Shown here: piece after piece, positions 53,347 to 63,695 of the stretch
Position numbering within the stretch: the first letter of the stretch is position 1
Layout of the letters: each line of letters starts with the position of its first letter
Source of the DNA: Bryobacterales bacterium
GTDB taxonomy: Bacteria; Acidobacteriota; Terriglobia; Bryobacterales; Bryobacteraceae
Reading direction: 5' to 3'
NCBI GenBank assembly: GCA_963699905.1
Contig: CAVOVR010000007.1
Span: 152,355 to 216,354, forward strand
DNA length: 64,000 nt
Program-made: the position numbers and the translations under genes
Notes under the pieces: generated by a model
The model's input: only the letters and a program-made list of their open reading frames with translations
Database searches by the model: none
What the model was told of the DNA's origin: nothing

Positions 53347-54297
53347 ATGGTCTCGGTTTGTCTTGAGAATGGGAAGGTCTTGGTGCGCAACCAGGCGCGC
53401 CCGCGACGCCCGGAAGGATTCGCTTTGATCCGCTTGCTGTACGGTGGAATTTGCAACACCGATCTCGAGCTGGAGCGCGGGTATTACGGTTTTCGCGGCA
53501 CGCCGGGCCACGAGTTTGTGGGCGAAGTGGTGGAGGCGGATGATAAGCATTGGATCGGCCAGCGAGTAGTCGGCGAAATCAATCTGGCGTGCGGCAAATG
53601 CGAATGGTGCGCCCGCGGGCTGGGACGCCATTGTCCTCGACGCACGGTGCTCGGAATCGTCAAGCAGCCGGGCGCGTTCCGCGAATTCCTGACGCTGCCC
53701 GAGCGCAATCTGCGGCGAGTGCCGCGCGAGATTTCCTCCCAGGAAGCCGTGTTCGTCGAGCCATTGGCCGCAGCCTGCGAAATATTGGATCAAGTGCGCA
53801 TCGCGAAAGGCGCTCCGGTGGCCGTGCTTGGCGACGGAAAGCTAGGATTGCTGGTCGCCCAAGTCCTCGAAGCGCACGGCGCAGAGGTTCATCAATATGG
53901 CCGGCACAAAGAGAAGTTGCGAATCGCCGAGCAAGCGGGCGTCAGCACAGAGATTGCGAAGAAGCTGCCGGTGGCAAAGTATGAATTTGTCGTCGAAGCG
54001 ACCGGATCGAGTGAGGGCTTGCAGCAGGCAGTGCAAATGACGCAGCCGCGAGGAACGGTAGTGATGAAATCCACGGTGCATGGGCTGGTGTCGATCGATT
54101 CGGCGCCGGTCATCGTCAACGAGATCACGCTGGTGGGGTCGCGCTGCGGGCGCTTTGAACCCGCGCTGCGGTTGCTTAAGAGCCGCAAGATCCATGTGGA
54201 CGCGATGATTTCGGACGTATTTCAATTGAAAGATGCGCCGCGGGCGTTTCGAGCAGCCGCGAAGCCGGGCGTGCTAAAGATATTGCTTCATGATTAG
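53347..54297 (+). CDS. Zinc-dependent alcohol dehydrogenase family (MDR) oxidoreductase
   Basis: GICNTDLE...PGHEFVGEV...CGKCEWCARGLGRHC...VAVLGDGKLGLL. Intact. Confidence 0.8.
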   Translation: MVSVCLENGKVLVRNQARPRRPEGFALIRLLYGGICNTDLELERGYYGFRGTPGHEFVGEVVEADDKHWIGQRVVGEINLACGKCEWCARGLGRHCPRRTVLGIVKQPGAFREFLTLPERNLRRVPREISSQEAVFVEPLAAACEILDQVRIAKGAPVAVLGDGKLGLLVAQVLEAHGAEVHQYGRHKEKLRIAEQAGVSTEIAKKLPVAKYEFVVEATGSSEGLQQAVQMTQPRGTVVMKSTVHGLVSIDSAPVIVNEITLVGSRCGRFEPALRLLKSRKIHVDAMISDVFQLKDAPRAFRAAAKPGVLKILLHD

Positions 54298-55064
54298 ATT
54301 CCGAATCCTATGCGGCCTCGTCTTAGCTGCTCTTGCTGGCCGCCGCGCAGACTCCGGAATACGGTTACCGAGTGGTCCACGTTTATCCGCACGATCCCAA
54401 CGCCTTCACCGAAGGCTTGGAATATCGAGCGGGATTCTTGTATGAGAGCACTGGTCTCAAGGGCCGCTCTTGGCTGCGCAAAGAGAAGCTCGAAACCGGG
54501 CAGGTGGTGCAACAGATCGATCTGGATCCCCAATATTTCGGCGAAGGAATCACGATCTTGAACCAGCAGATCGTGCAGCTCACCTACATGACCGAGATTG
54601 GATTTGTGTATGACCAATCCAGCCTTCGGGTGAAGCGAACCTTCAACTATTCCGGCGAAGGCTGGGCGCTCACCAACGATGGCCAGAATATCTACATGGA
54701 CGACGGCACAGCGCAGATTCGCATTTGGGATCCAATTACGCTGCAAGAAAAGCGCCGCATTACGGTTCACGATCACGGACAGCAGATCACCAATGTGAAC
54801 GAGCTCGAATGGGTGCACGGCGAGATCTATGCCAACATCTGGCAGAAAGATGTAATCGCCCGCATTTCTCCGGTGGATGGCCGGGTGCTGGGATGGATCG
54901 ATCTTGCGGGCATCTTGCCGGCCGCAGATCGCTCCGGCCAGGAGGATGTTTTAAACGGAATCGCGTATGACGTTTTGGGCGATCGCCTCTTCGTGACCGG
55001 TAAGCAATGGCCCAAGCTCTTCGAGATCAAAGTGGTTCCGAAGCTTCAGCGGAAGAACCGGTGA
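54290..55064 (+). CDS. Glutaminyl-peptide cyclotransferase (beta-propeller type), one frameshift near 54338 in the signal peptide
   Basis: ATG 54290 gives MIRFRILCGLVLAALAG, then +1 to AAAQTPEYGYRVVHVYPHDPNAFTEGLEYRAGFLYESTGL.G.S.LRK..LETG...FGEGITI...LTY...GEGWALTNDG...NELEWV.GEIYANIW. Confidence 0.8.
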
Positions 55065-56266
55065 ATTCGATCCCGGAAGCGCGAATATAACGATCGCTTT
55101 ACCTCCGGCTCGCTCGCGATCGGCGTTTGCACTGAGGGCTTCGGCATTCCACTCTGCGCGGCTTGCGAGTAGCGTTCTTTCGCGACCATCCGGATCCGGT
55201 AGCCGTCGAACGAATAGGTCTTCCGATACCAATTTCCGTCCACGCCCTCGATAATCACGGAAAAGCTCGGCGGATCGGTCGTGTTGTTCACCATGCTCGG
55301 ATAGTGTCCAACGATGTTGCGCTCAATGTAAGCCGTCTCGTAACGATGATGTCTCAGACTCCACACGAACACGCGGAAGCTATCAAACTCATACGGCTCG
55401 CCGCCTTTGGTGATAGTGGTCCAGAACCAATTGCTCTTCACCGCGCCGTCATCGTGCACTTGCCCGAGAGGAAGATAGGATGTGATCCGGTGCCCTTCCG
55501 CGTACTGCGCGACTTCGTCGGGAATTGCCATGCTGAGCGGCCGCGTCAAGACCCATCCCACTTTGCCGTCTGGAGCGCGAATCAGGCTCCAGTCATCCAT
55601 CGGAACCGGCGCGGGCGGCGGAGCAGGCGGAGGAGGCGTGGCGGGAGTTTCCGGTTCGAGCTTCGGAACCGAGAGCGCCACCCAATTCGCAGGCGGCTGC
55701 GGCGCGGGGGGACGCGGGGGCGGGCCGATTCTGGTCTGCGAAGATTTCGCTTTCGCTTTTCTGCGCGGAGCCGGCGGCTTAACCGGCGTCGGCGTGGAAT
55801 CCACGGAAGCCTGAATTCGCGGCATCAGTTTGTGACCGATGACATCCGCTTTGCCGTTCTCTGGAATCTGTCCGAAACTCGGGGACGTGCGGTTGGGCTC
55901 GGTGTGCAAGTTGAGCGACTCGAAAACCGTAGCCGCCCCTTGTGATGGAAAATGCGCCGCGCTTTCCGCCATCCCACGCAGCGCATCCATTTGTTGGGGC
56001 GTCAGAAGCTGGCGCATATCGGTCCAGCCTTCGACGCCTTGCGCAGTTCGAACTTTCACCAAACGGTGCCGGTATTCGATCACCGAGAGTTTGTCGCCGT
56101 GTTTAGCGGTCCCTGAGATGGCGGACTTGGGAGCTAGTTCTTGCCGCAGATTGAGCGTGGTGGGGCCAACGTAGGCGTCACCAAGGGAGTGAACAGGAGG
56201 CGGCTGATCGCCGCAAGAAACCAGGAATGCGAGCGAGAGAAAAACTACAGCGCGAGTCAAGGTCAC
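55046..56266 (-). CDS. Lipoprotein with bacterial SH3-like domains and a Pro-rich linker
   Basis: Lipobox MTLTRAVVFLSLAFLVSCG. LNLRQELAPKSAISGTAKHGDKLSVIEY...VRTAQGVEGW. PPPAPPPAPVP linker. Intact. Confidence 0.6.
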   Translation of the reverse strand: MTLTRAVVFLSLAFLVSCGDQPPPVHSLGDAYVGPTTLNLRQELAPKSAISGTAKHGDKLSVIEYRHRLVKVRTAQGVEGWTDMRQLLTPQQMDALRGMAESAAHFPSQGAATVFESLNLHTEPNRTSPSFGQIPENGKADVIGHKLMPRIQASVDSTPTPVKPPAPRRKAKAKSSQTRIGPPPRPPAPQPPANWVALSVPKLEPETPATPPPPAPPPAPVPMDDWSLIRAPDGKVGWVLTRPLSMAIPDEVAQYAEGHRITSYLPLGQVHDDGAVKSNWFWTTITKGGEPYEFDSFRVFVWSLRHHRYETAYIERNIVGHYPSMVNNTTDPPSFSVIIEGVDGNWYRKTYSFDGYRIRMVAKERYSQAAQSGMPKPSVQTPIASEPEVKRSLYSRFRDRIHRFFR

Positions 56267-56298
56267 GTGCGCTAACTTCTGTTGCTAGTGTATCAGTA

Positions 56299-56454
56299 AT
56301 GGCCGAAGAAGTGACCCATCCACAAGTCGAATTTTATTGTCCGCGATGTCACGCGGCCGTGACCGATCCGCTGGTGTGCGGAGATTGCTCGGCGATTATT
56401 TGCCGGACGTGCGGCGCCCCGTTGGAAAAGATCGACGAGTTGGGAATCGGTTAG
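56299..56454 (+). CDS. Small zinc-ribbon protein (51 aa)
   Basis: MAEEVTHPQVEFYCPRCHAAVTDPLVCGDCSAIICRTCGAPLEKIDELGIG has two CxxC pairs. The start is chosen inside track ORF 56227..56454. Confidence 0.35.
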   Translation: MAEEVTHPQVEFYCPRCHAAVTDPLVCGDCSAIICRTCGAPLEKIDELGIG

Positions 56455-57242
56455 GGAACCCAGGTCCGCAGGAATTTCACCGGACCGTCCGGTTCAATGG
56501 TGAATGGCGCGCAACCGGCAGGCACGAGCCACGCCTCCCCTTCACGAAACTGCCGATCGGCGATGGCGCCGGCGCCACTCGCAAAGATGACGATGTGAAA
56601 GCGGTCAGGCTCGGGTTTGTACAACAAACTGGAAGCAGTCCGCGCGAGCTCGGTGTGGAAATACTGGCAGTCGATCGGAAGCATGACGGATTTCGGGTCG
56701 CTGGCCCCGGTGTAGGAAACTTGCACGGCTTTGTCCAGATGCAGTTCGCGTGGCCGGCCGTAATCGTACAGCCGGTATGTGATATCGGAGTGCTGCTGAA
56801 CTTCGCAAAGAGCAAGCCCGCCGCCGATGGCGTGAACGGTGCCGGCGGGGATAAAGAAGGCATCGCCGGCTTGCACTTCCACCCAATTCAGCAACTGCTC
56901 GATTTCGCCGCTGAGCGATACCTCTCGCAAACGCTCGCGACTGATCGCTTCTCGAAACCCGATGGCAAGGCGCGCGCCCGGATCGGCGCGGAGCACGTAC
57001 CACATCTCGGTTTTTCCGCGCGAATTCTCGTGCAGGGCGGCGAAATCGTCGTTGGGGTGAACCTGCACCGACAGGCGCTCGGAGGTGAACACGAACTTCA
57101 CCAGCAGTGGAAGATCGGCCTCGAACCAGACTTCACCGATTTTCTTGCGATCGGAATTCAGATACCAGGGCAAGAGATCCGGGGTACCCCACACCTTCTC
57201 GAGAAAGCGCGTGGGCAGACGTATGGGTCCGCTATCGCTCAC
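56451..57242 (-). CDS. Class I mannose-6-phosphate isomerase (cupin)
   Basis: EKVWGT...IGEVWF...LLVKFVFTSERLSVQVHPND...GKTEMWYVL...AGDAFFIPAGTVHAIG...CEVQQHSDITYRLYDYGR. Intact. Confidence 0.8.
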   Translation of the reverse strand: MSDSGPIRLPTRFLEKVWGTPDLLPWYLNSDRKKIGEVWFEADLPLLVKFVFTSERLSVQVHPNDDFAALHENSRGKTEMWYVLRADPGARLAIGFREAISRERLREVSLSGEIEQLLNWVEVQAGDAFFIPAGTVHAIGGGLALCEVQQHSDITYRLYDYGRPRELHLDKAVQVSYTGASDPKSVMLPIDCQYFHTELARTASSLLYKPEPDRFHIVIFASGAGAIADRQFREGEAWLVPAGCAPFTIEPDGPVKFLRTWVP

Positions 57243-57244
57243 CT

Positions 57245-58426
57245 TTATCGCCCGGAGATGAAGCGCTCGATCCGATCGAGGCCACGCTCTAATTCTTTCA
57301 TCGAAGTGGCGTAGGAGATTCGGACGTGCTCGGTGGTTCCGAAGGCCTCGCCCGGCACGACGGCGACGTGCGCCTCAGACAGCAGCTTCTCCGAGAACTG
57401 CAAGGCCGATGTAATCCCGTTGCGGAAACCGACCGAGATGTTCGGGTACGCGTAGAACGCTCCCTTCGGTTCAGCGATTTTGACGCCCGGAATGGCGCGC
57501 AGGCGCTGGACAACGAAATCGCGGCGCCGGCGGTACTCGGCCAGCATGACCGGAATGGAATCCTGCGGTCCGCGCAAGGCTTCGATGGCGGCCTTCTGCG
57601 CGATCGACGTCGGATTGGACGTGGTGTGGCTTTGCAGCTTCAGCATGGCGTCGATGAGCGGCTTGGGCGCGAGCGCGAACCCAACGCGCCAGCCGGTCAT
57701 GGCATAAGTTTTCGAGAGCGATCCGGCGATGAGGACATGTTCCTTGGCGCCCGGCATGGACGCGATGGAGAAAGGCTCGCTGTCATACAGGAAGCGGCAG
57801 TAGCATTCGTCGGTCATCAACTGAATGCCGCGCTTGACCGCGAGATGATAAATCTTTTCAAACTCTTCCCGGCTGAGCACCGCGCCGCTGGGATTGCAGG
57901 GCGAGTTGATGATCAACAGCTTGGTTTTGCTGGTGATGTGGGGCGCGATGTCATCGGCGGTGTATGTGAAGCCGGTGGCCTCATCGCTCTCGACGAAGAC
58001 GCACTTGCCGCCGGCGTAATTGACGACGTCTTTGTAGGTGACCCAATACGGCACGGGGATGACGACTTCGTCGCCGGGCTGGATCAGCGCCTGCATGATG
58101 TTGAAGATCGCGTGCTTGCCGCCGACGGTGACCAGGCACTCGGCAGGGGTGTAGGAAGTTCCGTAGTCGTCGTGATGCCGGGCGCAGACCGCCTGCTTCA
58201 GCTCTACCGTTCCGCCCGTGGGCGTGTACTTGGTGAAGTTGGCATCGATGGCGGCGATGGCAGCCTTCTTGATGTTGTCGGGCGTGGGAAAATCGGGCTC
58301 TCCGGCGCCAAAATCCACTACGTCCACGCCTTCGCGGCGAAGCCGGTCGGCATCGGCGGCAACTTTCATGGTAGAGGACTCGCTGATGAGCGAGATGCGG
58401 TCGGCTAATTCCAAAATAGCTTGCAT
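57245..58426 (-). CDS. Aspartate/aromatic family PLP-dependent aminotransferase
   Basis: GEPDFPTPDNIK...NSPCNPSGAV...SLSKTYAMTGWRVGF...R. Intact. Confidence 0.85.
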   Translation of the reverse strand: MQAILELADRISLISESSTMKVAADADRLRREGVDVVDFGAGEPDFPTPDNIKKAAIAAIDANFTKYTPTGGTVELKQAVCARHHDDYGTSYTPAECLVTVGGKHAIFNIMQALIQPGDEVVIPVPYWVTYKDVVNYAGGKCVFVESDEATGFTYTADDIAPHITSKTKLLIINSPCNPSGAVLSREEFEKIYHLAVKRGIQLMTDECYCRFLYDSEPFSIASMPGAKEHVLIAGSLSKTYAMTGWRVGFALAPKPLIDAMLKLQSHTTSNPTSIAQKAAIEALRGPQDSIPVMLAEYRRRRDFVVQRLRAIPGVKIAEPKGAFYAYPNISVGFRNGITSALQFSEKLLSEAHVAVVPGEAFGTTEHVRISYATSMKELERGLDRIERFISGR

Positions 58427-58434
58427 GTGAAGGT

Positions 58435-58947
58435 TTACTCTTCTCCAGTTTCTTCGAGGAGTCTTCTTTTCAGTCTACCTTCTATTGAGGGCGGCACGAG
58501 GTCCGCGATGTTTCCTCCCAGGCGGATTACTTCTTTCACCAGGCGCGAGCTGATGAAGGAGTGCGCTTCGCCCGCCATCAAGAAAACGGTTTCGATCTCG
58601 GGACGGAGTCGGCGATTCATCAATGCCATCTGGAGTTCGTATTCGTAGTCGGAGACGGCGCGAATTCCGCGCAAGATCACGCTTGCGCCGCGCTCGGAAG
58701 CGTAATCCACAAGAAGACCGCCGAACGAGCCGACCTCCACGTTAGGAAGATCGCGAACCACTTCCTGGAGCATCTCGATTCGCTCGTCGAGGCCGAACAG
58801 CGGCCGCTTCTCGTCATTGCGGAGAATGGCGACGATGAGGCGATCGAACAGAGCCGAGCCGCGCTGGATGAGATCCAGATGGCCGTTCGTAATTGGATCG
58901 AAGGAGCCGGGGTAGAGGGCCACGACCGTGGCGGGTTTCGGTCTCAA
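58435..58947 (-). CDS. coaD: Phosphopantetheine adenylyltransferase
   Basis: VALYPGSFDPITNGHLDLIQRG...RGIRAVSDYEYELQMALMNR...ISSRLVKE. Intact. Confidence 0.95.
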   Translation of the reverse strand: MRPKPATVVALYPGSFDPITNGHLDLIQRGSALFDRLIVAILRNDEKRPLFGLDERIEMLQEVVRDLPNVEVGSFGGLLVDYASERGASVILRGIRAVSDYEYELQMALMNRRLRPEIETVFLMAGEAHSFISSRLVKEVIRLGGNIADLVPPSIEGRLKRRLLEETGEE

Positions 58948-59368
58948 GGTGGAAGTTTATCAGATTGGGTTCGCGCAAAACGGAGTGCTGCGCGGGCGAG
59001 CTCTGGATCCCTTGGCGTACGCGGTGCACCCTTTGCGCTCGATTGAGGCAGCGTTCCAGTGACGAGAGAAAAATTGCGATTTCTGGATGAGCGTCCGAAA
59101 TTTCGCCGGTAAGCTGATGGCTGGCAACGAGATGGCGCATCAGGCATATTTTTGCGCGCAAGCGACGCTTTTTTTCGGCGATTTGGGCGCGCGCCGTGCG
59201 GTTGTTGGTTATTCGTTGTTAGTTGTTGGCCGGCGGGCATCGGTATCAGGATAGTTGCCCGGAATGCCCGGCGGATGGAGTGCGGCCGGTAAGTGGTTGG
59301 AGGGGGAGCGAAGAAAGAGGTGGGGAAGCGGTGAACGGCGCCTTAACCATCTTCGATGAGCGCTCATC

Positions 59369-59396
59369 ATGACACCAATGATACGACTGATATAAT
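59369..59396 (+). promoter_or_regulatory. Candidate sigma70-type promoter for the downstream dehydrogenase gene
   Basis: ATGACA (59369-59374), a 16-nt spacer, then TATAAT (59391-59396), about 70 nt upstream of ATG 59465. The -10 box sits in the loop of a small CGACT/AGTCG inverted repeat. Confidence 0.35.
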
Positions 59397-59464
59397 AGTC
59401 GGTCGCGTCCCGGGACCATGCGCCCCGGAACATCGATCGAAGACGCACTGTCGTTGGAGGCAAG

Positions 59465-60778
59465 ATGAAAAAGCTGCATTGGATAATTTCCGCCGCACTT
59501 AGTGTGATTGTTGCTGTTGTCGCCGCCGGGGCGGGCAAGAGCGATAAATTCGACCCCAAGGATTTGATGACGGGCCAGCAGGCCTTCTCGGATTATCAAA
59601 AGGAAAAACCCGGGCTGTTTCACAAGATCACCGCCGCCGATCTGCCGAAGCCGTACGACACCAAGTCGAGCGCGAATTTTCCGAAGGTGGTGGCGAAGCC
59701 GGACAACATGTGGCCGATGGCCCCAGCCGGCTTCAAGGTGGAGCTCTACACGCATGAAGGACTCACGGAGCCACGGCAGATACGCATGGCGCCGAATGGC
59801 GACTTCTTCGTCGCCGACAGCATGCCGGGAGAGATCAAGATTTTCCGCGGGCGTACCGCCGACGGCAAGCCCGAGCAGGTTTCCACATTCGCCACCGGTT
59901 TGAAGCGGCCGTTCGGGATCGCGTTCTACCCGGTTGGCAACAACCCGCAGTGGATCTACATCGGCAACACGGATTCTGTGGTCAAGTTTCCGTATCACAC
60001 GGGCGACTTGAAGGCCACCGGACCGTCGGAGACAGTGATCGCCGAGCTTCCGACGGGCGGGTTCCACTGGACGCGCGATGTGGTTTTTTCCAAAGACAGC
60101 AAGCGCATGTTCGTAGCGGTGGGATCGGGATCGAACGTGGATGATCCGGATACGCATCCGAAGGAAATGCATCGCGCGAACATTCTCGAATACACGCCGG
60201 ATGGCAAATTCGTTCAGGTGTACGGCGCGGGCATCCGCAATCCCGTTGGGCTGGCTGTCAATCCGCAGACGGGTGAAGTTTGGTGCTCGGTGAATGAGCG
60301 CGACGAATTGGGCGACAACCTGGTGCCCGATTACATCACTCACGTCCAAGAAGGCGGCTTCTACGGCTGGCCCTGGTACTACATGGGCGCGCATCAGGAT
60401 CCGCGCCTCGAAGGCAAGCATCCGGAGCTGAAGGACAAGGTGATTGTGCCGGACGTACTGATGCAACCACACAACGCGTCGCTCGGGATCACGTTCTATG
60501 AAGGCAAACAGTTCCCGAAGGAATACCAGGGCGATCTGTTCGGCGCAGAGCATGGATCGTGGAACCGCTCCACGCGCGCAGGCTATGAGATCGTGCGCGT
60601 TCCTCTGGAAAACGGGCATGCCAGCGGAGTATATGAGGATTTCGTGACTGGATTCGTCACGCCGGACGGCAATGCCTGGGGCCGCCCCGTGGCGGTGGTG
60701 GTGGCGAAGGATGGCTCGCTGTACTTCACCGACGACGGTTACAAGGCGATCTGGCGCGTCAGCTACACCGGAAAGTAG
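59465..60778 (+). CDS. Sorbosone/soluble-glucose-dehydrogenase family beta-propeller protein (PQQ-dependent type)
   Basis: Signal/TM segment MKKLHWIISAALSVIVAVVAA. ...PRQIRMAPNGDFFVADS...RPFGIAFYP...HWTRDVVFS.D...AVGSGSN...GIRNPVGLA.NP.TGE.W..VNERD.LGD..PDY......GGFYGWPW. Intact. Confidence 0.75.
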   Translation: MKKLHWIISAALSVIVAVVAAGAGKSDKFDPKDLMTGQQAFSDYQKEKPGLFHKITAADLPKPYDTKSSANFPKVVAKPDNMWPMAPAGFKVELYTHEGLTEPRQIRMAPNGDFFVADSMPGEIKIFRGRTADGKPEQVSTFATGLKRPFGIAFYPVGNNPQWIYIGNTDSVVKFPYHTGDLKATGPSETVIAELPTGGFHWTRDVVFSKDSKRMFVAVGSGSNVDDPDTHPKEMHRANILEYTPDGKFVQVYGAGIRNPVGLAVNPQTGEVWCSVNERDELGDNLVPDYITHVQEGGFYGWPWYYMGAHQDPRLEGKHPELKDKVIVPDVLMQPHNASLGITFYEGKQFPKEYQGDLFGAEHGSWNRSTRAGYEIVRVPLENGHASGVYEDFVTGFVTPDGNAWGRPVAVVVAKDGSLYFTDDGYKAIWRVSYTGK

Positions 60779-60790
60779 GAGGAAACGAAT

Positions 60791-61361
60791 ATGAGATCTT
60801 TGACAATTTTCGCGGCGTCTCTGGCGCTTACCGCCGGCGCCGCTTTTGCGCAAAACAAGGGAGGCGGCGGTGGGATTCCTTCGCCGTTGAAACTCACGGT
60901 TTCAGGTTACAGCGACGGCGCCGATATTCCCGAGAAGTACACCTGCGCCGCCAAGCCGCCGGGAGGTTCGCCGCAGATCGATTGGAGTGGAGCGCCCGCG
61001 GGCACGATGTCATTTGCATTGATATTCCACGATGGCGATGTGCATCCCGGGAAATCGTTCGACGACGTCACGCACTGGATCGCCTGGAACATTCCGGCCA
61101 CTGCCACTGGCATGCCCGCCAATGTAACGGGCGAAGCCGATCTTGTCCGACGGGACGCATCAGGGCAAGAACATTGCGCAGCGGGCCGGTTACATGGGTC
61201 CTTGCCCGCCGCCGGGATTGCCGCATCATTACACGCTGGAAGTTTACGCGCTCGATTCGAAGCTGGATTTGCCGGCGACAGCGGGCCGCGACGATCTGCA
61301 AAAGGCGCTGGGCGGGCATATTCTCGCGAGCGGCGTTTACAACGGCTTGTTCCATCGCTAG
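60791..61361 (+). CDS. YbhB/YbcL (PEBP/Raf-kinase-inhibitor-like) family protein, one frameshift near 61140
   Basis: Signal peptide, then IPEKYTCAAKPPGGSPQIDWSGAP.GT.SFALIFHDGD...THWIAWNIPA | DGTHQGKNIAQRAGYMGPCPPPGLPHHYTLEVYALD. Confidence 0.75.
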
Positions 61362-61364
61362 GTT

Positions 61365-61971
61365 ATGTCCGAAGAGAAGACCAGCGAGATCTCGCGGCGC
61401 GCGGTAATCGCGACGCGCAGCGATCGTTCCCGTGGCAGCTCTCACGGCCGCGGCACAAACCTCCTCGCCCTCCGCGCTTTCCGCTGACCAGCTTCGGATT
61501 CTGTCGGCGTTTGTCGATCGCATCATTCCGAAAGACGAGCTTGGCCCCAGCGCGTCGGAGAGCGGCGTGCCGGTGTACATCAATCGTTCACTTGGCGATT
61601 ATCTGGCCGGTGAAAAAGCCGCGTTCATCGAAGGATTGGAGGCGACCGAGGCCTTTGCGCGCCGGTCGCAGGGGGCGGCGTTCGCGGATCTGACGCCGGG
61701 CAAGCAGGACGCCGTGCTCACCGCGATGGACAACGGAACGGCTGAAGGTTTTGCAAATGCCCGCGCGTTCTTCAATCGCGCGCGGCGGCTGACCCTGGAA
61801 GGAATGTTCGGCGATCCCTACTACGGCGGCAACAAGAATTTCGCCGGCTGGGATTTGATCAAGTATCCGGGGCCGCGCATGGCGACCACGGCGGCCGATC
61901 AGAAGATGGGCGTGGAGATTACGCCTTATCACCACTCCGCGTACGGGGCCGGAGGCGAGCATGGCCATTAA
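61365..61971 (+). CDS. Gluconate 2-dehydrogenase subunit 3 family protein (Tat-type leader), one frameshift near 61420
   Basis: MSEEKTSEISRRAVIA (twin-Arg), then in the +1 frame ...AALTAAAQ...LSADQLRILSAFVDRIIPKDELGPSASESGV..YI...FFNRARRLTLEGMFGDPYYGGNKNFAGW. Confidence 0.7.
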
Positions 61972-63684
61972 TCTGAAGCCGGTGGATGTCGCGGTTATAG
62001 GATTGGGCGCCGCTGGTGGCGTGGCGGTGCTGCCGCTGGCGCGCGCGGGCTTGAAGGTGGCCGGGATCGAAGCCGGAACGTGGATGAATCCGGCGAAGGA
62101 TTTCAAGCCGGACGAGATTCACAACAACGTGCGCTCGCCTGGTGACGACGGTTCCCAAGGCCAAGAACGAAATTCCGACGTTTCGCACCAGCCCCGACGC
62201 CAAGGCGCGGCAGGCCGCGGCGCATCCGATGATGAACGCCGTCGGCGGCACGTCGATTCACTATCACGCGCAAAGCTGGCGGCTGAAGCCGTGGGATTTC
62301 AAGACGCGCTCGGAAACCATCAAGCGTTACGGCGCGAGTTTGCTTCCGAAGGGATCGACGCTGGAGGACTGGCCGGTCAGCTACGACGAACTGGAGCCGT
62401 ACTACGACATCGTGGAGCACGAGGTCGGCGTATCGGGCAAGGCGGGGAATATTCAGGGCAAGCTCGATCCGGCGGGCAATGTCTACGAAGGCCCGCGGCA
62501 GCGCGAATATCCGATGCCTCCGCTGCGCACCTGCGATTTTCTGGATCACATGCACAAAGCCGCGAAGTCGCTCGGCTGGAAGCCGTTTCACGCGCCGGCG
62601 GCGATCAATTCGCAGCCATATCGCGGGCGGGCGGCGTGCGCGTATCACGGCTATTGCGATCGCGGCGGATGCCAGGTCCGGGCGAAGAATTCCACGTGCT
62701 TCACCACCATTCCCGAAGCACAAAAGACCAAGAACCTGACGGTGTTCGACAAGCGCGCAGGTGACGCGGATCGTCGTCGGACAACAACGGCAAAGTCACC
62801 GGCGTCACGTACATTCGCGACGGCAAAGGAATATTTTCAGCCGGCGAAGGTCGTGCTGGTCTCCTCGTACACGTACGAGAACACGCGATTGCTGCTGCTC
62901 TCGAAATCGAAAGCGTATCCCAACGGGCTCTCGAACAATCATGGGCAAGTCGGCAAGCATTACTTCGGGCATTGGGACGCGCAGGCGGGCGTGGGCGTGA
63001 CGGCGCTGTTCCCGTTCGACGTGAACACCTGGTACGGCGCGATGCTCTCGCAAGGCGTGGTGGTGGATGAATGGGCCGACGATACGTTCGATCACTCGGG
63101 GCTCGGTTTCATCGGCGGCGCGAGTCTGTGCACCTTCATGGAGAAGCATCCCATCGCCGGCGGCCAGCATGAGCACGTTCGGCCGCGCGCCGGCGTGGGG
63201 TTCGAAGTGGAAGAAGTTCGTGCACGAGAATGCGGGCCGTTTTACCGGCGCTTATCTGCAAACCAACAGCTTCCCGTACGAGAACACGTATCTGGATCTC
63301 GATCCCGAGGTGAAAGATCCGTTGGGCGATCCGGTGTGCCGCGTCACCAGCGGTCCCAAGGAAAACGAGACGCGGGCGGCGATCTACGCGCAGAACAAAA
63401 TGGAAGAGTGGTTCCGCGCGGCCGGCGCGATTGAAGTAGTAAAAGGCCAGCCGTTCGGACCGGCGCTATCGACGCACACTTACGGCGGCACGCGCATGGG
63501 CGATAATCCCGAGACCAACGTCGTGGACCGCTGGGGATTTTCGCACGAAGCGCCGAACCTCGGAATGCTGGGCGGATCGGTATTCGGGACCAGCGGCGCG
63601 CGCAATCCAACGCTGACGATGCAGGCGCTGGCGTGGCGGACCGCCGAGCACCTGGCGAAGAACTGGAAATCGATTGCAGGCTAA
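61961..63684 (+). CDS. GMC family FAD oxidoreductase (large subunit), about 3 frameshifts
   Basis: VDVAVIGLGAAGGVAVLPLARAGLKVAGIEAG | ...MMNAVGGTSIHYHAQSWR...CAYHGYCDRGGCQVRAKNST | VTRIVV...GVTY...VVLVSSYTYENTRLLLLS | ...THTYGGTRMGDNPETNVVD.WGFSHE.PNL...G.S.F.TSG..NPTLT.QALAWR. Confidence 0.8.
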
Positions 63685-63695
63685 AGCCGGCGGCG

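Noticed and set aside
53329-53793. An N-terminal extension of thrC that would make a 589-aa protein.
   Set aside because: The extension overlaps the start of the divergent alcohol-dehydrogenase gene and has no ThrC homology. The ThrC zinc-ribbon N-terminus begins at ATG 53328.
59246-60853. A 535-aa minus-strand ORF.
   Set aside because: It is antisense to the well-supported sorbosone-dehydrogenase-family gene (59465-60778). Its composition is Arg/His/Ala-rich with no motifs. It is a shadow ORF.
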